From: the human T2T-CHM13v2.0 reference genome, Homo sapiens
Strand: one strand, 5' to 3'
Assembly: GCF_009914755.1 (NCBI RefSeq)
Contig: NC_060926.1
Length of the DNA: 64,000 nt
Positions 59,304 to 64,000 of this stretch are shown here, piece by piece. The notes under the pieces are model-generated. The model worked only from the letters and a program-made list of their open reading frames with translations, did no database searches and was not told the origin of the DNA. Every line of letters starts with the position of its first letter. Positions within the stretch are counted from its first letter, which is position 1. The position numbers were made by a program, and so were the translations under genes.

Positions 59304-59859
59304 AAAAGAAAGAAACTAAAGGAATGGAGTGGCCTTTATGCATCACACCTGGATGACAAAGGATATATAAAAGAGAATTTGGAAGTGATTTCTGGAGAAA
59401 AGGGCAAACTCCACTAAAGTAGGATCCTGTTGACTGTGATGAAAACAAGCCATAATGGGTGAGAAAATGGCAGAATGATTAGACCTAGCAAAGGGGCCAA
59501 GGTAGTGTGGGCAGAATAAAAGATGAACTAAAAAGAAGGAATGGTTTGACCTAGAGAATCCAATTGTAAAATCTATAGGCCAGAGTGATTTAAAGAAAGA
59601 ATACTAGTGAAAACTGGTCAAAATATTAAATCTTGAATAATATAGCTTTATGTGCATAAGACTATGTGCTTTTCTAGATAGTCATTTATTCACTTCATTG
59701 AACATTTTTGCCTACATATACCTCTACTACAAACTTGGGGGCTAGAAGGGATGAGGACATAAACTTTAAAATGCAAGTCATATTTACTGCCCTTTAGTCC
59801 TATAGTTGTCTAGTTGGAAAAACACATAAAACTGATAAATAATGTGATAAATAAAGGGG

Positions 59860-61400
59860 TACCAAATTAGCAACACACAGATGGAAAGAAAATATTTACA
59901 ACACATATAACAGATAAAAATTAATATACATAATATATAAATAACTTCTTCAAATAAGAAAAAGATTGGCCACACGAAAAGAAGACAAAGGATAGAAATT
60001 AGCATTCCACAGAAGAAAAATACAAATGGCCATTCAAAACATGAAAAAGAACTTAACCTGGTCAAACCACTATACATATAAATCAAGAAAATGTGAAATA
60101 AAACAATGGGACATTGCATGATTCACGTAAGAAAAGTGCGTGATAGGTGCACTTCTGTTTCCTGAATCCAGCTCATTGTAGGGATTGAGGTGGGGCAGTT
60201 CTGCCCGAGTGAAGGTAAGATGCCAGCTGTGAATCTGCTTTTGCTCAGGTGGTTGTACACCTTACGGGCTGCCTCTTAATCTAAGGGGTTCCTGCCATAC
60301 AGAGTGTGAGCCCGGCATTTAAAGATATGTACTTTTCATATGACAATGCCCCCAAACATTTTAAACATTTTTTCCTAGGCTCCAGAGGTAGCCTAGGAAA
60401 ACAATCTGACTGGGTTCTCCATATTTGGAGTGAGTGTATTGGTCACCAAAGTGGCATATTTCTAAAAGATCTTCAAAGGAAATTTTGACTATACAATATG
60501 TGGTTCTCACCTTACCACTTCAGAACCTAAATCCCTCCTTTCCCAATGGCATGTGATTTTATGCTTCCATTTTTTTTCCCCACCTATCAGAGTAGCAAAA
60601 CTGGGAAAGACTGATAATAAGTGTTGGTAAGAATGTGGGGAAACAAGCACTAGCACTTTCAATGGAAGTATTGATAGAGGCTTTTAGAGGACAATTTGGC
60701 ACTATCAAAATTTGAATAAAAATACACTTGGCACACTTGGCTTTTAAGAATCCATCTATAGGCATGCCACGTAAGTTCATTGAGGTAATATACCAGAATG
60801 TTCATTGCAGCATTTTCTCTTAATATTAGGAAAAACTAACCAAAAGTAGGGAAATGGCCAAACAATTAGGATATATAAATTCTGTGGAATAAAATGCATC
60901 TGTTAAAAAGAATGTGGTAGAGCTGTATGTCCTGACATGCAAAGATTTCAAAACCAGAGGTCCTCAAACTTTAGTGTGCATCAGAGTCATCTGCAAGCCT
61001 TATTAAAACACAGATTGCTGGGCTTCCCAGAGTTTCTGATTCAGTAGGTTCGGTGAGGAGCAGGGCAGGAATAATTTGTATTTCTAAACAAGTATTAGGA
61101 GATAACGATGCTGCTGGTCTGGGGTCCACATGTTGAGAACAACTGTTCCAAAACAGTGTTAAAGGAAAAATATCAAGTTGCAGATTATTATGCACAATAT
61201 AGTCCTAGTTATAATAAATCTTTGCATATTTGAATGGTCATAAACTCATGGAAGAAGGCTCCAAGGATATACATCAAATGGTTAACAGTGCTTTCCTCTG
61301 AGGAGGGGAGTTATTTTACTTTTTCTATGCTACTGTATTATTTAAATATTTTACACTGAGGATATATTTATATATTACTTGTGTTAAAAAGGGAAATTAC
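59860..61400 (+). mobile_element. Fragmented L1ME-type 3' region
   Basis: gaagaaaaatacaaatggcc, aagtgttggtaagaatgtggggaaacaagcact and aatgttcattgcagcatt. Interrupted by other sequence and by a MER5A. Confidence 0.6.
60955..61145. mobile_element. MER5A (hAT-Charlie MITE)
   Basis: cagaggtcctcaaactttagtgtgcatcagagtcatctg...ttgagaacaactg with terminal inverted repeats. Confidence 0.8.
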
Positions 61401-63276
61401 AAAAACTAACAGGAAGAGTGCAAACCCATTCTGCTCCACCCTCAGAACTAGTAAGTGTGCTCCGTAGTTGTAAGAAAAATAGTACTAGAGTTTGGATGAG
61501 AAAGACTGATCGTGATAGGATGTATCCTGAATCAAGAACCAGAGATTTTAAAAAATGATAGGGTTTAGAACAATAGAATTCAAAGCTTTACTTTGAATTT
61601 GCTCATCTCTCAGACTCTGGACGCAGCTGGCTTAGATCTGATGTATTTGTTTACTTTTCTCTGAGCCTGTTCTGTCAGATTTTGGATTAGATTTTTCTAG
61701 TCCTTGGCTTTGACTTCATGTTGTTTAAAACAGTAGTATCCACCAACATGCACAGTTTAGTCTCCTGTCCTTGCTGCCCTGCCCTGTATAGAAGCCCTCC
61801 ATTGCCTGACAGTCACTGCTAGAGCCATTTTCTATGTTTCCTCCAACGTGGCAAGGCTGTTGGAATGGTAGTTTAGGAGAGGACGTAGCAGGGTTTGAGA
61901 GGGTTGGAGGTGGGACCCCAGGGAAGAAGAGTACTCAACAAGGGAGCTACAACCGATGGCTAGCCATTGCATGAACTTAAACATTTGGCCCTTTTCACTG
62001 TGTGTTTCATAAGCCTTTTGTAGTTGAATTTGGATGGTAAATATGAGATAAAGGAAGAAAAGTATTTTATTCCAACAACCACTACAGCCAGTTCCACATC
62101 CATGGAGTTGGGTAACACTTCACCGTTTATAAGCATATCCACATTTATTATCTAAGTTAATTCTCAGACCTTGAAAGGCAGTTATATTTATTTGCCAGAT
62201 ATAGAAATTGGAGCCGGTAAAGATTGCTACTAAGTAGCAACTTTGGAAGTCACATGCAGGTTTTGTAACCTGGTTTCCAGGGGTTCAGAAATGAGAAAGA
62301 CTTCTTCCTTTCCCCTTCAGGTATTATTTTAGTATTTGTTAATGGAGTAAAGAAATGGGTGGGGCACAGGGAATGTTAAAGTGGTGAACATTTAGCCTTT
62401 AACTGGAAAGCAGCATAATCTTAAAATAAATGTTATTTTGTTTTTAAATAATACACACATTTCCTTCAACAAAATGGAATCTTATAGGTAGCTCATACAT
62501 CTCTTGAATAGGGGCCTCTGGTGCCTACAGATATAAATAAATCACACTGAGAGAATGGTGAACCATGAAATGACTCTGTTAACATGTCATCTGTCTAGAG
62601 TATATTTTCAACTCTCCAACAGAAGTGTCTCAATTATGAAGGGAGGTGGCCTACCAAAGTTGATACTTTGATATTTGATGCTTTTAACCTCCTCCATCAG
62701 CTGCCTTTGCCTAAGTGTGGAATCTGGCCCAGTGCCTAGAGTACAACGTGGCCTAATGGCTGAGAGTCATTGTAACTGGTGATTTTAACATGCAATGAAC
62801 TCTGAAGCTCCTCAAACTGTGCTATCTTGTGAAGGCATGTATCAGTGCTACTTGTCTGGTCTTATTAAGGAATTCTGAAAATTGCTAATTGTTATAATAA
62901 GAATTTTAACCACAAACAAGCCAAATTTACTGAATTCTTCCTTTATGCCCAGCACTGACTGATACTATAGTGGGCTTCGGAAATGTTCCCAAAATGACTT
63001 TTGTTTTTAAGTTACTCTGAATGTAGTCTCAGAATTTGAGGTGGGGACTAGTAGGTTTTAGTGGCCTATTTGTATTCAGGTTTCAGTATATAATAATGTG
63101 AAAATAGCTCTTTGTATCTAGTAAACTTGCAGATGCCAGCTGACTGGTGAGGGACTGTTATATTTCTACATTTCATCTTACTGCTTCTAACCCAGTGATG
63201 TCCCTCTTTCTAAATAGTGACAGAAGGGAAACTTTTTTTTTTTTTTTTTAACTTGGCCCATGGAAATGGGCTATTC

Positions 63277-63462
63277 CAATGGTTCTCAAAGCTTGGTCTC
63301 TGAACCGATAGCATCGGCATCACTTGGGAACATGTTAGAAATGCAAATTCACAGGCCCTAGCCTAGACTGACTGAATCAGAAACTGGGAGTCGGGACCAG
63401 TGATCTGTGTTTTAACAAGCCCTGTGGGTGCTTCTGAGGCTCACTCAAACTTGAGAATCCTG
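63277..63462. mobile_element. MER5A
   Basis: caatggttctcaaag...gttagaaatgcaaatt...actgaatcagaaact. Confidence 0.8.
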
Positions 63463-63749
63463 GGATGGCTCCTTTCCAACCCTTCTGCTACTGCCTTGGT
63501 GTAACCCTCATCAGTCTGGACCACTGGAGCAGTCCCCAGCTGGTCTCCCTACTTCCAGAGTTAACCTGTCCAATCCATTCCCCACATCAGTTGGCCTTTG
63601 ATTTTTGTCTCATCACCAGTGGAATACTCAACACTCTAAAGGGAGCCCAAGTTTTCCTCCTTCAGTTTACTCACCCACAAGGAGTAGACCAAGGCAATGA
63701 ATGCAGTAGACCACAGTAGTGACAGGGCAGGTAGAGGTGGGAGTGGTAA

Positions 63750-64000
63750 CTACCATGGTTTGAGAGTGTCTCCCAAAAACCATGTGTTGAGAACTTAATC
63801 CCCCGTGTCAACAGTGTTGGGAGGTGGGGCATAATGAGAGGTGACTGGACCATGAGGGTGGAGTGACTGTATTAATGCTATTATTGTAAGAGTGAGTTCT
63901 TCATAAAAGGACAAGTTTGGCCCTCTTCTGTTTTTCTTTTGCCCTTTCTTTGCCCCTTTGCCATGGGACGATGTAGCAAGATCCTTAAGCCTTCAGTTTT
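63750..64000 (+). mobile_element. MST-type MaLR LTR (runs off the window edge)
   Basis: atggtttgagagtgtctcccaaaa...aacttaatcccc...acagtgttgggaggtgggg. Confidence 0.7.

Overview
Eukaryotic, almost certainly human, genomic DNA (it contains an AluYa5). The window lies inside MYO3B (myosin IIIB, N-terminal STE20-like kinase domain) on the + strand. Four coding exons (5560-5664, 5910-6009, 8512-8588, 27172-27317; probably exons 4-7, numbering from memory) splice in frame through GT-AG introns and encode kinase subdomains V-X ([26 protein letters not shown]). The rest is intron. It is dominated by transposable elements: an antisense MER61 5' LTR plus ERV1 internal sequence; solo LTRs with visible TSDs (LTR2B/C, LTR1, LTR5A); a full-length decayed L1PA15/16 nested in an L2; about ten Alus; and many MaLR, MIR, L2, L3 and hAT elements. 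Most ORFs in the supplied track are Alu-derived, L1-derived or random. I found no convincing wholly new biological system. The best leads are a hair-cell/photoreceptor-like TF motif cluster in intron 6, a tandem-LTR antisense promoter with an intact splice donor, unusual splice-site architecture around the catalytic exons, a potentially stop-less circRNA from exons 4-6, an unexplained 130-bp dispersed duplication and a possibly polymorphic AluYa5. Repeat subfamily names come from recall of consensus sequences and need RepeatMasker/Dfam confirmation.
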